A stretch of 64,000 nt of DNA. Origin: an uncultured Bacteroidota bacterium (lineage in GTDB: Bacteria; Bacteroidota; Bacteroidia; Bacteroidales; SZUA-534). The stretch's first letter is position 1; the number at the start of each line of letters is the position of its first letter. Shown here piece by piece: positions 16,999 through 26,466 of this stretch. The translations under genes were made by a program, and so were the position numbers. Location: positions 17,667 through 81,666 of the forward strand of contig CAMJCK010000008.1 of NCBI GenBank assembly GCA_946404125.1. The letters are read 5' to 3'. The notes beneath the pieces were generated by a model. It saw only the letters and a program-made list of their open reading frames with translations. It was not told the DNA's origin and ran no database searches.

Positions 16999-17677
16999 CA
17001 CAACGTTAGGCGAGCAGCAGCCAGCCGATGTCATTCCAGCCAAGGTGTTGGGCGTGGCGGCTCAGTTGCGCCATTTTGTGGTCGAGAACACGCGCACGGC
17101 CCGTCGTTTTCTGCGCGCCGTCGACCCCAGTTTCCCAATAGACGACTCTGATTTTGTGGAACTTAACGAGCATACCGACCTGACAACCATTGGGCAGTAT
17201 CTCGACGCCTGTGAACGCGGCGAGCACGTGGGGCTGATGTCGGAAGCGGGCGCACCAGCCGTTGCCGACCCAGGAAACGCGGTGGTGGCAATGGCTCACC
17301 GAAAGGGCATCCGCGTGGTGCCAATGTCGGGGCCGTCGTCGATAATTCTTGCAATGATGGCTTCGGGGCTCAACGGCCAGAATTTCGCTTTTAACGGCTA
17401 TCTGCCTGTCAAACAGCCCGAACGCATTCGCGCTATCCGCAACTACGAGAAACGCTCGCAAAACGAGCACCAGACGCAACTTTTTATCGAGGCGCCCTAC
17501 CGCAATATGGCTCTCTTTGAGGACTTTATGCAGAATCTGCACCCCGAGACGCGCCTGTGCATCGCCGCTGATTTGACGCTCGAAACAGAGTTTGTGCTCA
17601 CCCTTCGCATCGCCGAATGGCCAAAACATAAGCCCGATTTGCACAAACGTCCAGCAATTTTTGCTATATTAGCGTAG
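16973..17677 (+). CDS. SAM-dependent methyltransferase of the tetrapyrrole-methylase/RsmI-like family
   Basis: MKGNLYLIPTTLGE...VVENTRTARRFL and GLMSEAGAPAVADPG are typical of RsmI-like TP_methylase proteins. Start at ATG 16973; the listed ORF begins at an upstream TTG. Confidence 0.7.
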   Translation: MKGNLYLIPTTLGEQQPADVIPAKVLGVAAQLRHFVVENTRTARRFLRAVDPSFPIDDSDFVELNEHTDLTTIGQYLDACERGEHVGLMSEAGAPAVADPGNAVVAMAHRKGIRVVPMSGPSSIILAMMASGLNGQNFAFNGYLPVKQPERIRAIRNYEKRSQNEHQTQLFIEAPYRNMALFEDFMQNLHPETRLCIAADLTLETEFVLTLRIAEWPKHKPDLHKRPAIFAILA

Positions 17678-17809
17678 TTATTATTTAGGAGTTAGGAATT
17701 AGGAGTTAGAATTAGGCGCAGGGCAATAGAAGATGGTAAGGCTGTTGTTTGTTGTCCGATGTCTGAAGTCATAAAACAATAAATTTGTGTAAATCAGTGT
17801 TATCTGTGT

Positions 17810-17827
17810 TCCCGATAGTTATCGGGA
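17810..17827. repeat. REP-like palindrome TCCCGATAGTTATCGGGA (copy 3) within a ~55-bp conserved element
   Basis: The left flank is AATAAATTTGTGTAAATCAGTGT plus a 9-nt insertion. The right flank is CTGTGCGA. It lies 34 nt upstream of the add start codon. Confidence 0.7.
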
Positions 17828-17860
17828 CTGTGCGATAATCGATAATCAAAAATCAAAAAT

Positions 17861-18916
17861 ATGGAACTCACCCGCGAATTTGTCAAGAGCCTGCCAAAGG
17901 CCGAATTGCACTGCCACTTGGATGGCTCAATGCGCTTGTCGACTATTTTGGAACTTGCTAAAGAACAGAACGTTAAGTTGCCAACCGACGACCCTGCGAA
18001 ACTCGAGTCGATGCTCAAAGTGGGTATGGACTGCCCGAGTTTGGAAGTCTATCTGAAAGCGTTCGATATAACTTGCTCTGTGCTACAGACTTACGAGTCG
18101 CTTGTGCGCGCCACATACGAGTTGGCCGAGGACTGCGCCGCCGAAAATGTTTGGTATCTTGAGATTCGCTTTTCGCCTATCTTGCACGTTAACAAAGGTT
18201 TAAAACTAACAGAGGTGATTGACGCCGTGCTCGAGGGCAAGGCCCGTGCCGAGCGCGATTTCAATATCAAGGTGGGCATAATTGTCTGCGGACTGCGCCA
18301 CTCAACGCCCGAAACGTCGCTGCTGTTGGCCGAGTTGGCGGTGGCATACAAGAACCGCGGGGTGGTGGGCTACGATTTGGCGGGCGCCGAAGACGGTTTC
18401 CCCGCCAAGGACCACAAAGAGGCTTTCGACTTGATTATCAATAACAATATCAACACCACGGTGCACGCGGGCGAGGCTTACGGGCCCGAGTCAATCCACC
18501 AGGCGCTGCATATGGTGAGCGCCAACCGCATTGGCCACGGCACGCGTCTGCGCGAGGACGGCGACCTGCTCAACTATGTGAACGACCACCGCATTCCGCT
18601 CGAAATGTGCGTCACGTCGAACCTGCAGACCAAGGCCGTCGATAGCATTGAAAAACACCCAGTTAAGTTCTATTTCGATTTGGGAATCCGCGTCACCATC
18701 AACACCGATAACCGACTGATTTCCAACACAACTCTCACCGACGAGTATATGCTTGTGATTGAGAAGTTCGGATTCACGCCAAGCGAACTTAAATATCTGA
18801 TAATTAACGGATTCAAGTCGGCGTTCCTGCCTTTGAAAGAGAAGGTGGATTTGATTCAGAAAGTAACCGCTGTTCTTGAAGAAAAAGGGTTGATTATCCG
18901 CCGTGATTATATTTGA
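17861..18916 (+). CDS. add: Adenosine deaminase
   Basis: Metal and catalytic motifs LHCHLDGS, HAGE and TINTDN, in the order and spacing of the adenosine deaminase family. Confidence 0.88.
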   Translation: MELTREFVKSLPKAELHCHLDGSMRLSTILELAKEQNVKLPTDDPAKLESMLKVGMDCPSLEVYLKAFDITCSVLQTYESLVRATYELAEDCAAENVWYLEIRFSPILHVNKGLKLTEVIDAVLEGKARAERDFNIKVGIIVCGLRHSTPETSLLLAELAVAYKNRGVVGYDLAGAEDGFPAKDHKEAFDLIINNNINTTVHAGEAYGPESIHQALHMVSANRIGHGTRLREDGDLLNYVNDHRIPLEMCVTSNLQTKAVDSIEKHPVKFYFDLGIRVTINTDNRLISNTTLTDEYMLVIEKFGFTPSELKYLIINGFKSAFLPLKEKVDLIQKVTAVLEEKGLIIRRDYI

Positions 18917-18918
18917 TT

Positions 18919-20865
18919 ATGAATAAGTTACTTAAAATATTTGCAACCTTCGCACTGCTTTTTGCGGCCGTGGCGGCCAATGCCCAGCACGAGGCGCTGA
19001 CAACCACCAAGTCGAGCAAGGCGAAATCGTACTATTTCCGCGCAAAATCGTTTATGAATCAGCGTGATTTGGCCAATGCCGAAGTAGAGATTAACAAAGC
19101 CATCGATGCCGACCCGCGTTTCCTTGAAGCCTATCTGCTGAAGGCCGAAATGTGCAGTTACGGCGATTTCTGCGAGTGCATTGTTGACGCGCTGTTGGCC
19201 GCCCGCGCCATCGATTCCACCTTCGACACCTATCTCGACTACAATCTCGCCAACGCCCTTTACGACAATGGCCAGTACACCGAGTCAAAGCATTATTATT
19301 CAGTGTTTTTGACTAATCCGAAGGCAAACGCCAAATCGAAGGAATTGGCCGAACAATATATGGCTAAATGTCAGATTGCCATCGATTTAGTGAACAATCC
19401 AGTGCCGTTTGAGCCAAAGTCGCTCGGCGCTGACTTGGAACAGCCATACGAGCAGTATTGGCCGTCGCTTTCGCTTGATGGTAAGACGTTGGTTTTCACA
19501 ATGTTGCTGCCCGACAGTACTCGCTTTTTCCCCGATGGCTCGATTCTGATGCAGGAAGATTTCTATGTGACGCGCTTCATCGATGGTCAGTGGCAGCCTG
19601 CCGTGCCCATTGGTGCGCCAATCAACACCGTTGGCAACGAAGGCGCGCAACAGATTTCGGCCGATGGTAACACATTGGTTTTCACGGGTTGTAACCGCCG
19701 CGATGGTTTTGGCAAATGTGATATCTATTTTGCCAGGAAAAATGTTTACGGGCAGTGGGGCAGGCCCTATAATGCTGGAAATGTGGTGAATGGCAAGTCG
19801 GCCGACAAGCAGCCGTGCCTTTCGCCCGATGGTCGCTATCTCTACTTTGCGTCGGACCGCGCGGGCGGTTTGGGCAAGATGGACATTTGGGTTTCGGAAC
19901 TCGACGCCAACGGCCGTTGGGGTAAGCCGAAGAATTTGGGCGCGCCCATCAACACCCCAGGTGACGATATTTGCCCGTTCATTCATCCTGACAATCAGAC
20001 ACTTTACTTCAGTTCCGATGGTCATCCAGGGTTAGGCAAGAAAGATATTTTTATGTCGCGGCTCGACAGCGCAGGCCATTGGACAGACCCCGTCAACCTT
20101 GGCTATCCCATAAACTCGCACCGCGACGAGATTGGTCTTGTGGTTGATAATAAGGGCGTTACGGCCTATTTCTCGTCGAACATCAACAGCGACACCAAAA
20201 ATATCTACACATTTGAACTTCCCGAAGCCGTGCGGCCGACACCAGTGTCGTATGTCAGTGGTTTAGTGACAGATGCGCAGACAAACCTGCCGCTTAACGC
20301 GCGTGTGCAACTGCTCAATTTGCCCAAGGGCGACACGGTGATGTCAGTAACAACGGGTGCTGATGGCGGCGATTTTCTTGTCAGTCTGCCCATTGGCCGC
20401 CAATATGCGATGCTTGCCACCAGTCCAGGTTATCTGTTCAACTCGCAGCACTTCAATCTGACCGAAACTCATTCAGCCACAAAGCCTTACGTAGTCAATA
20501 TCAAACTTGAGAAACCGCAAGTTGGAGCGAACACCATCTTGCGCAACATCTTCTTCAAATTTGACTCGTATGAACTTATGCCACAGTCGTTTGTGGAGTT
20601 GAACCAGATGGCGGTGTTCATCAAAAACAGCGCGGGCGTGAAGTTCGAGATTGGCGGCCACACCGACAATGTTGGCAACGATGCTTATAATCAGCAACTT
20701 TCTGAAAAACGCGCCAAGTCGGTTTACGAATATCTGATTTCGCAAGGCGTTGGCCAGTCGCAGTTGTCGTTCAAAGGCTACGGCAAGCAGGTTCCAATTG
20801 GCGATAATTCAACCGCCGAAGGCCGCGAAACGAACCGCCGCACGGAGTTGAAGGTGGTGGAATAA
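18919..20865 (+). CDS. OmpA-family protein with TPR, PD40 (TolB-like) beta-propeller repeats and CarboxypepD_reg-like domain
   Basis: Signal peptide MNKLLKIFATFALLFAAVAANAQ. PD40-like motifs recur (S.DG..L.F.S.R..G.G..DI). The C-terminal OmpA motif is GHTDNVGNDAYNQQLSEKRA...TNRRTELKV. Confidence 0.85.
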   Translation: MNKLLKIFATFALLFAAVAANAQHEALTTTKSSKAKSYYFRAKSFMNQRDLANAEVEINKAIDADPRFLEAYLLKAEMCSYGDFCECIVDALLAARAIDSTFDTYLDYNLANALYDNGQYTESKHYYSVFLTNPKANAKSKELAEQYMAKCQIAIDLVNNPVPFEPKSLGADLEQPYEQYWPSLSLDGKTLVFTMLLPDSTRFFPDGSILMQEDFYVTRFIDGQWQPAVPIGAPINTVGNEGAQQISADGNTLVFTGCNRRDGFGKCDIYFARKNVYGQWGRPYNAGNVVNGKSADKQPCLSPDGRYLYFASDRAGGLGKMDIWVSELDANGRWGKPKNLGAPINTPGDDICPFIHPDNQTLYFSSDGHPGLGKKDIFMSRLDSAGHWTDPVNLGYPINSHRDEIGLVVDNKGVTAYFSSNINSDTKNIYTFELPEAVRPTPVSYVSGLVTDAQTNLPLNARVQLLNLPKGDTVMSVTTGADGGDFLVSLPIGRQYAMLATSPGYLFNSQHFNLTETHSATKPYVVNIKLEKPQVGANTILRNIFFKFDSYELMPQSFVELNQMAVFIKNSAGVKFEIGGHTDNVGNDAYNQQLSEKRAKSVYEYLISQGVGQSQLSFKGYGKQVPIGDNSTAEGRETNRRTELKVVE

Positions 20866-20962
20866 AATTTTACTGCATTTACAAAAAAATGCATTATATT
20901 TGTGTATTACTTTAAGAATGAGAGTATTTACTTAATGTTTAACTAAAAAAACAACTATTATG
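20839..20962 (+). repeat. Copy A of a ~125-bp duplicated junction (OmpA-gene 3' end, -7 box, 5' leader)
   Basis: It aligns with 21497-21626 at roughly four positions in five by eye. Compare CGCACGGAGTTGAAGGTGGTGGAATAAAA with CGTGCGGAGTTGAAGATGGTGGATAAAAA. Both contain ...TTTGTGTATT...AATGAGAG.ATTTAC..AATGTTTAACTAAAA... followed by ATG. Confidence 0.8.
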
Positions 20963-21451
20963 AACAGCGTAATTTCAAAAACCACAGTTCTCGTCGCACT
21001 TGCGACTGTCCTTTTTTCTTGCAAAAACGATGATTTAAAGGATGATTCATTAGAAATCGATGCAAATAAGGAATGTTCAATTATTGTTCCTGACGGTGCA
21101 CCAAGAATGTTTAACGATGAATACTTGCAAATCACAAAAGATGGGAACGAGTATTCGCTTTTTGCGACAACCAAAGGCTTCTATTGGAATGAAGTCATAT
21201 CTTTAATGGTGGATATCAATGGGTTGGACAAATACAGGCCTAACGAGAGAATTAAAATCAACAAGATTGATTTTGGAATGCCCGCATCATCAAATTCAAA
21301 CTATTTTACATCAAATTATAAAGGAAAGATTTATCTGCTGGAGTATTCCGAAAATGAGGCAAAATTGTATTTCGACAATCTGACATTTACTCTTCCCGAT
21401 GGAGCCTATGTTATGGACGGAAAACTCACATTTTCAATGAAAAATGAATGA
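20960..21451 (+). CDS. Hypothetical lipoprotein
   Basis: Lipobox-type signal MNSVISKTTVLVALATVLFSC. AT-rich. No family recognised. Confidence 0.55.
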   Translation: MNSVISKTTVLVALATVLFSCKNDDLKDDSLEIDANKECSIIVPDGAPRMFNDEYLQITKDGNEYSLFATTKGFYWNEVISLMVDINGLDKYRPNERIKINKIDFGMPASSNSNYFTSNYKGKIYLLEYSENEAKLYFDNLTFTLPDGAYVMDGKLTFSMKNE

Positions 21452-21496
21452 CATTGACGCTCATAGCAAGGTTTATTTCCGTTGATGCAACGTAAA

Positions 21497-21626
21497 CGTG
21501 CGGAGTTGAAGATGGTGGATAAAAAGTTTCAGACAACGACATTTAACAAAAAAATACGCTATGTTTGTGTATTGAATTAATAATGAGAGAATTTACCAAA
21601 TGTTTAACTAAAATGGCACGTTTATG
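21497..21626 (+). repeat. Copy B of the duplicated junction (relic of the OmpA-gene C-terminal codons plus promoter and leader), preceding the 414-aa lipoprotein gene
   Basis: See copy A. It contains a non-coding relic of the RTELKVVE-stop codons and a TATGTTTG -7 box at 21560-21567. Confidence 0.8.
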
Positions 21627-22868
21627 AAAAAGTATTTATTATCAATGATTTGTGCGGCAAGCGTAATGATGATTGCCGCTTGTGATGACGACAATTCCGG
21701 TAATGAGGATAATCCGGTAGCCGGTACCAACGGCAATTACTGTTGGAAGGTTACAACTACTGTTTTGGGCACTTTGCCGCAAGTTTCTTATATGTGGGAC
21801 ACGGAAGCAGAAGTTAAGTTGTATGTCGGCAGATTGCAACAGTCAGGACTTGATGTCAGCTACGAAAAATCGTCGGCAAAAGACTATAATGAGTGCTCGG
21901 AACTTGAAAATAACTCTGGTGACGAGAATCAAGGCAATATTGATGATTTCTTCAACACGACGAAAAAATATGAGCAGTCCGAGCCTGGCATCTATGTTAA
22001 TTCAGAAGGAGAACTTGTTGCCAAAGGCACCGATGGCAGTGTGTTTATGATTGACGACACATCGCAATTCCTTAGCACACTGGCAATGTACTGCGAACCG
22101 TTCTATCCGGCAGGCTTCCAGGCTTGGGATGGAAAATCGTCAATCTACTCTTTCTCAATGGATTATTATAACGATAATGATGGTAACGCGTTTACATCAC
22201 ATTACGAAGATACAATTGGAACGGTTGTAGTGGCTGAATATCCTGCATCAGGCCTTTATTCAATTGACGCTGTAAAACTAGAGTTTACGATGCCGTTTAT
22301 GTCGTTTGACGATTACAACAAGATAGCCGAGGCCGGTGATTTTGAAACTACCTATAAGACAATTGCCAAGATGTTGCAGAAGGCAGGCCCGATTGTGGTA
22401 CCGGCCGATATGATTCAGAAATACACCAAGTTCGACTGCCAATGGCTCAGCGACCGCTACCCGGCGGCTATGGAACAGGCTAAATATGTGATTCCGTACA
22501 CCGGCAGCGGCAATATCAAGTATATGCGTGTTGACCGTGAGTTTGAAGGAGGCAAAACATCTGATGGTTATGTATGGCTCTATCCTTGCGATGTCGACGA
22601 TGTTGTTGAGATAGAAGTCGTTATCGAAAATGTTTCGAAAGAAGATGCTGCGGCATACATTCAAAAGGTTAAGACCGAAGGTGTTTATTCGCAATTCAAT
22701 GAAAACAACGATATCTTTACCGCCAACAGCGACAATTATTACGACGAAGATGTTCACGGTCCCGCCCCCGAAGGCACCAAGGGTTTTGTTTTCCCGACGT
22801 ACTCCGTGTTATATGTTAATGGAAATCTGATAATTAAATACACGCTTTCTAAGGTGATGTATGTTTAA
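21624..22868 (+). CDS. Hypothetical lipoprotein
   Basis: Signal MKKYLLSMICAASVMMIAAC followed by the D/N-rich linker typical of surface-exposed Bacteroidota lipoproteins. No family recognised. Confidence 0.6.
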   Translation: MKKYLLSMICAASVMMIAACDDDNSGNEDNPVAGTNGNYCWKVTTTVLGTLPQVSYMWDTEAEVKLYVGRLQQSGLDVSYEKSSAKDYNECSELENNSGDENQGNIDDFFNTTKKYEQSEPGIYVNSEGELVAKGTDGSVFMIDDTSQFLSTLAMYCEPFYPAGFQAWDGKSSIYSFSMDYYNDNDGNAFTSHYEDTIGTVVVAEYPASGLYSIDAVKLEFTMPFMSFDDYNKIAEAGDFETTYKTIAKMLQKAGPIVVPADMIQKYTKFDCQWLSDRYPAAMEQAKYVIPYTGSGNIKYMRVDREFEGGKTSDGYVWLYPCDVDDVVEIEVVIENVSKEDAAAYIQKVKTEGVYSQFNENNDIFTANSDNYYDEDVHGPAPEGTKGFVFPTYSVLYVNGNLIIKYTLSKVMYV

Positions 22869-22891
22869 GCGGGTTCCGAGTTATCGAACCT

Positions 22892-22936
22892 AAACAAATG
22901 AGGCTGTCCTGGCGGGGCAGCCTCATTTGTTTTTAA
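22892..22936. terminator. Bidirectional terminator between convergent genes
   Basis: AAACAAATGAGGCTG-loop-CAGCCTCATTTGTTT, a 15-bp stem flanked by A and T runs. Confidence 0.75.
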
Positions 22937-22959
22937 ATATAGCTCAAATCAACAGATGA

Positions 22960-24516
22960 CTATTTGCTTGCGTTGTCTAAATTAATGACATATAGTTTGT
23001 TATCATTAATATAGTACAAGGTGTTTTTAATGAGGTATGAGTTATATTTATTTAGATTGGCGTATAACTCAGCGCATTTGTAGCCATCGGGGTTGATTAT
23101 AGAAGTTTTGTCTTGGCTGTTGAAAAATGATAACGTTGAACCATTTACACTGCTCACAAGCAAACTGTCATTACTAATTGTATCACAAATATTTAAATCG
23201 TTGTCGATTGATAATACAGTTCCACTTTTTGTGAAAATGAAATTCTTTGTAGTGTCAGAGGCTATAAGGTTTGTCACCGAATCATCCCCGCATTTGACAA
23301 ATACTTGGTTTCCGATAAAGAAACTCAAATCACCGAATTGCTGGGCAATGTATGGTTTGATTTTGTTTTCTCCAGTTGCGATAATGTATTTAGCGATTTT
23401 GTTTTTAAAAAGAAGATATGCGTAATCATCTTTAAGTTTAAAACCTAAAACCGGGTTGTCCTTTTCGTCAAATGTTACTTTATATATTTGTTGTCCAGTC
23501 TTTTTGTTGAATGCAGCGTAGAAAGGCTTTTTATATGAGACCTGCTGCGAGAAATTTTTTAGCGCTGAACCTTTGTTGATCATATAAACGTTGCTACTAT
23601 CTATCCATAGTACGGATTGTCCGGTAAACGATTCAAATTTCGTTTGCCAATGGATTCCCGCATTTGTTTTATCGATTTTTATAATTTCTTCTTTTGATGC
23701 GAAATAAATGTAGTTGCTGTCTATCAGAACGTTTGATGTCAAATCGCTTATAACGTTGTATCCGGTTGATATAACGAAAGTTCCGGTTAACAGCCCTAAA
23801 GCTACTCCGGCAGCATTTTTTGCCACGGTGCCACGATAATCATCCTCCCCGGTAACAGCGTTATAGAACCAGCCACCTCCGTTTTTAATATTGACGGAAT
23901 GTAGGCCTGCCGACACAATTATTACAGAGTCCTTATTGATGTAAAAAAAATCGTTCCAACCATATTCCCGATTTATGTCTCTTGTCCAAAGTGTGGCGCC
24001 ATTCAGCAAGTTTATTCCTTCTAACGTGTTTGATTGGCTGGCAGCCGAGTATGATTTGTATCCAACACCGATGTTGAGGTTTGGATTAACAAAATAAATG
24101 TCGTTTTTAAGGTCATATTTCGGATTGCCGGTATAGGGGTCAATGGCTTGGCGGACATCGCCTTTGGTTTGTACTAAAATGCCGTTAAAGTGTTGTATTT
24201 TAGTGTTTCTGTATTTTATTTCTCTGCTCCAAAGAATCGTGTCGCAGTTTGTGTTTACTTGCACGATTTTTCCTTTGTTCTGGTAGCGATTTCCTTTGAT
24301 GTCTCTCAGCTGTACAGTGAGCAAATTTGTAATCGTATCGAAATTCGTTTTGTAAATGTGGTTAGGGAAGATGTACTCTTGCCCGATTATGCCCGAATTA
24401 TCGACAAGATTTTTCCCGATAACAAATTCGTTTGTGTTTAACGGAATTTGATTTTGACTGAATGCAGTCGTAACCAAAAAAACTGGAACAAAAGTCAGTA
24501 AGTGTTTGTTTTTCAT
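22960..24516 (-). CDS. Secreted hypothetical protein, possibly PQQ-like beta-propeller
   Basis: Signal peptide MKNKHLLTFVPVFLVTTAFSQ. Strand-turn motifs recur with (I/L)W(S/T)R.. and IHWQTKF. The fold assignment is tentative. AT-rich. Lies 4 nt downstream of tcdA. Confidence 0.5.
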   Translation of the reverse strand: MKNKHLLTFVPVFLVTTAFSQNQIPLNTNEFVIGKNLVDNSGIIGQEYIFPNHIYKTNFDTITNLLTVQLRDIKGNRYQNKGKIVQVNTNCDTILWSREIKYRNTKIQHFNGILVQTKGDVRQAIDPYTGNPKYDLKNDIYFVNPNLNIGVGYKSYSAASQSNTLEGINLLNGATLWTRDINREYGWNDFFYINKDSVIIVSAGLHSVNIKNGGGWFYNAVTGEDDYRGTVAKNAAGVALGLLTGTFVISTGYNVISDLTSNVLIDSNYIYFASKEEIIKIDKTNAGIHWQTKFESFTGQSVLWIDSSNVYMINKGSALKNFSQQVSYKKPFYAAFNKKTGQQIYKVTFDEKDNPVLGFKLKDDYAYLLFKNKIAKYIIATGENKIKPYIAQQFGDLSFFIGNQVFVKCGDDSVTNLIASDTTKNFIFTKSGTVLSIDNDLNICDTISNDSLLVSSVNGSTLSFFNSQDKTSIINPDGYKCAELYANLNKYNSYLIKNTLYYINDNKLYVINLDNASK

Positions 24517-24520
24517 AATA

Positions 24521-25240
24521 TTATAATTTAATTAAGTCATTTATCACCTTTGATGCGCAATAAATACCGAACATTGCCGGCATATACGAAATGGTGCCGA
24601 CAGTCGATTTTTTGTTTTCCTCGTCGTCAACCTCAAGCACGGCGGCTTTGTCGGTCAGTTCCGAGGAGAAAACCACCGGTACGCCTCGGTCCACGCCTTT
24701 GCGGTGCAAGCGTTTGCGTATGGCTTTTGCCAGTTTGCAGTTGTAGGTTTTGCTGATGTCGGCAATGGCTATTTTTGATGGGTCGGTTTTGCCGCCGGCG
24801 CCCATACTGCTCACTATCTTCAGTTTACGGTTCAGACAGTGCAGAATCAGAAATAGTTTGGGTGATATGGTGTCGATGGCATCAACCACGTAATCATATT
24901 CGTTATCAAGCAGTTGCTCCATTCTCTCGTCTTTCACGAAATCGTTTATCACCGTCAGGTCGATGTCGGGGTTGATGTCGCGCAGGCGTGCGGCCATTAT
25001 CTCGGCTTTAGGCTTGCCTATGTTGCTGTGCAAAGCGGGCAGTTGGCGGTTTATATTGCTGACGCTCACCTTGTCGCCGTCAACAATGGTCATACGGCCG
25101 ACTCCGGTGCGGGCAATCATTTCGGCCGCATAGGCGCCCACACCGCCCAGTCCAACCACAAGCACGTGTTTGCCTCGCAGCCGTTCAAGTTTTTCGCTGC
25201 CGAATAATAGTTCGGTCCGTTCTAACCAATTGTCGCCCAT
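24521..25240 (-). CDS. tcdA: tRNA threonylcarbamoyladenosine dehydratase (ThiF/E1-like)
   Basis: VLVVGLGGVGAYAAEMIARTGVGRMTIVDGDKVSVSNINRQ is the canonical ThiF/TcdA nucleotide-binding region. The size (~240 aa) fits TcdA. Confidence 0.8.
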   Translation of the reverse strand: MGDNWLERTELLFGSEKLERLRGKHVLVVGLGGVGAYAAEMIARTGVGRMTIVDGDKVSVSNINRQLPALHSNIGKPKAEIMAARLRDINPDIDLTVINDFVKDERMEQLLDNEYDYVVDAIDTISPKLFLILHCLNRKLKIVSSMGAGGKTDPSKIAIADISKTYNCKLAKAIRKRLHRKGVDRGVPVVFSSELTDKAAVLEVDDEENKKSTVGTISYMPAMFGIYCASKVINDLIKL

Positions 25241-25884
25241 CTGTTGCCGAAAATGCGTGTTAAGTTATTGAAAATTATTTGTTTGAGTTCGTTTACGCTT
25301 GTGTTTTTCAACTCCGCCGCAAAGTTATAAATATCACTGATACTGATGTCTTTTGTGTCTGATTCAAGAAATATGCAATCGTTTGGAATGGATTTGAATG
25401 TTGTTTGCAATTTATTGTTTGATAGCAGATTATGCCCGAATGACAGCATTGCGCCGTGTTGTAAAAGCTGGTTGGCGGTTGTCGCATTGCCGTTGAATCC
25501 GTGAAAAATCATTTTCACCGACGATTCGTGCCGCAATATTTGCAAGAAATCGGAATAGGCTCTCACGCAATGGATTATCATTGGCAGGTGGTGGCGGTTT
25601 GCAATGTCGAGTTGCTGCTCTAGAACGCTCATTTGCAGACTGATATCGGTGCTGATGGCGCGGTCGAGGCCGGCCTCGCCAATGGCTGCCGCGTTGCCGT
25701 TTTGGCACAAGGTTTCTATCGCGGCAAGCGCTTGTTGATGGTCGCATCTGCCCACATTCCACGGGTGCAACCCAGCCGATGCAAACGTTGCACTGGGCGC
25801 CGAATCAAGGTTGTCGATGTTGACGAGTTCGATGCCTGTGCCGGTTACGGAGTGGGTGTGGATGTTGACAAACGGCGCGGCCAT
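25222..25884 (-). CDS. TatD-family metal-dependent hydrolase
   Basis: Motifs appear in the correct order: NIHTHS, GEAGLD, IIHCVRA, and ESDT near the C-terminus. The start overlaps the upstream thioesterase stop (ATGA). Confidence 0.75.
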   Translation of the reverse strand: MAAPFVNIHTHSVTGTGIELVNIDNLDSAPSATFASAGLHPWNVGRCDHQQALAAIETLCQNGNAAAIGEAGLDRAISTDISLQMSVLEQQLDIANRHHLPMIIHCVRAYSDFLQILRHESSVKMIFHGFNGNATTANQLLQHGAMLSFGHNLLSNNKLQTTFKSIPNDCIFLESDTKDISISDIYNFAAELKNTSVNELKQIIFNNLTRIFGNRWATIG

Positions 25885-26276
25885 CAGTCGAAATACTTGT
25901 CGAGTTCGGGTGCGCGCGAGAGTTTGCCGTCAACGGTTACCACAGTTGTGATGGTGGCGTCGGCGCAGACCTGGCGCTCGGGCAGGAGCAGTATCTTCTG
26001 GTGGAACAGCATTTTAAAGCCGTCGCGCTCGGCGGTTGTGGTCACAACAAACTCATCGCGGCTGCGCAGCGGGCGTTTGTAGCGTATGTCAACTCGGGCC
26101 ACAACCACGTAGATGTTCTTCTCGACGAGTTCGGCGAAGCTGATGCCACGTTCGATGCACATTTCGTGGCGCGCGTGTTCAAAATAGTGCTGGTAGTTCG
26201 CGTTGTTAACGATGCCTTCCATATCGCATTCGTAGTCGCGGACCTTCATTTTTAGCTCGTGAATGTCGTATGCCAT
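25884..26276 (-). CDS. Acyl-CoA thioesterase, 4HBT/YbgC-like hotdog fold
   Basis: VRDYECDMEGIVNNANYQHYFEHARHE is typical of the YbgC/4HBT family. Start chosen at MAYDIHEL (26274-26276). Confidence 0.72.
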   Translation of the reverse strand: MAYDIHELKMKVRDYECDMEGIVNNANYQHYFEHARHEMCIERGISFAELVEKNIYVVVARVDIRYKRPLRSRDEFVVTTTAERDGFKMLFHQKILLLPERQVCADATITTVVTVDGKLSRAPELDKYFD

Positions 26277-26466
26277 AATAGTTTTGATATTGTTTGCGCA
26301 AATAAACAACTTTTTTGCAGGAATTTGTGCGCAACGTTTGCAATAAAATTAATGATTGACAATCAGCCTTTTATTAATCCATATTATTGTTAAATAGACG
26401 TTATGCAAACGTTGTCATCAAATTGATTTTTAGTCACTTGTGTACAATGAGTGTATATTTGCATCG

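Noticed and set aside
17688-17725. TTAGGAGTTAGGAATTAGGAGTTAGAATTAGG short tandem repeat after the methyltransferase gene.
   Set aside because: It is a low-complexity 6-7-bp slippage-type repeat with only a few copies. It is not associated with a promoter or ORF and I judged it incidental.
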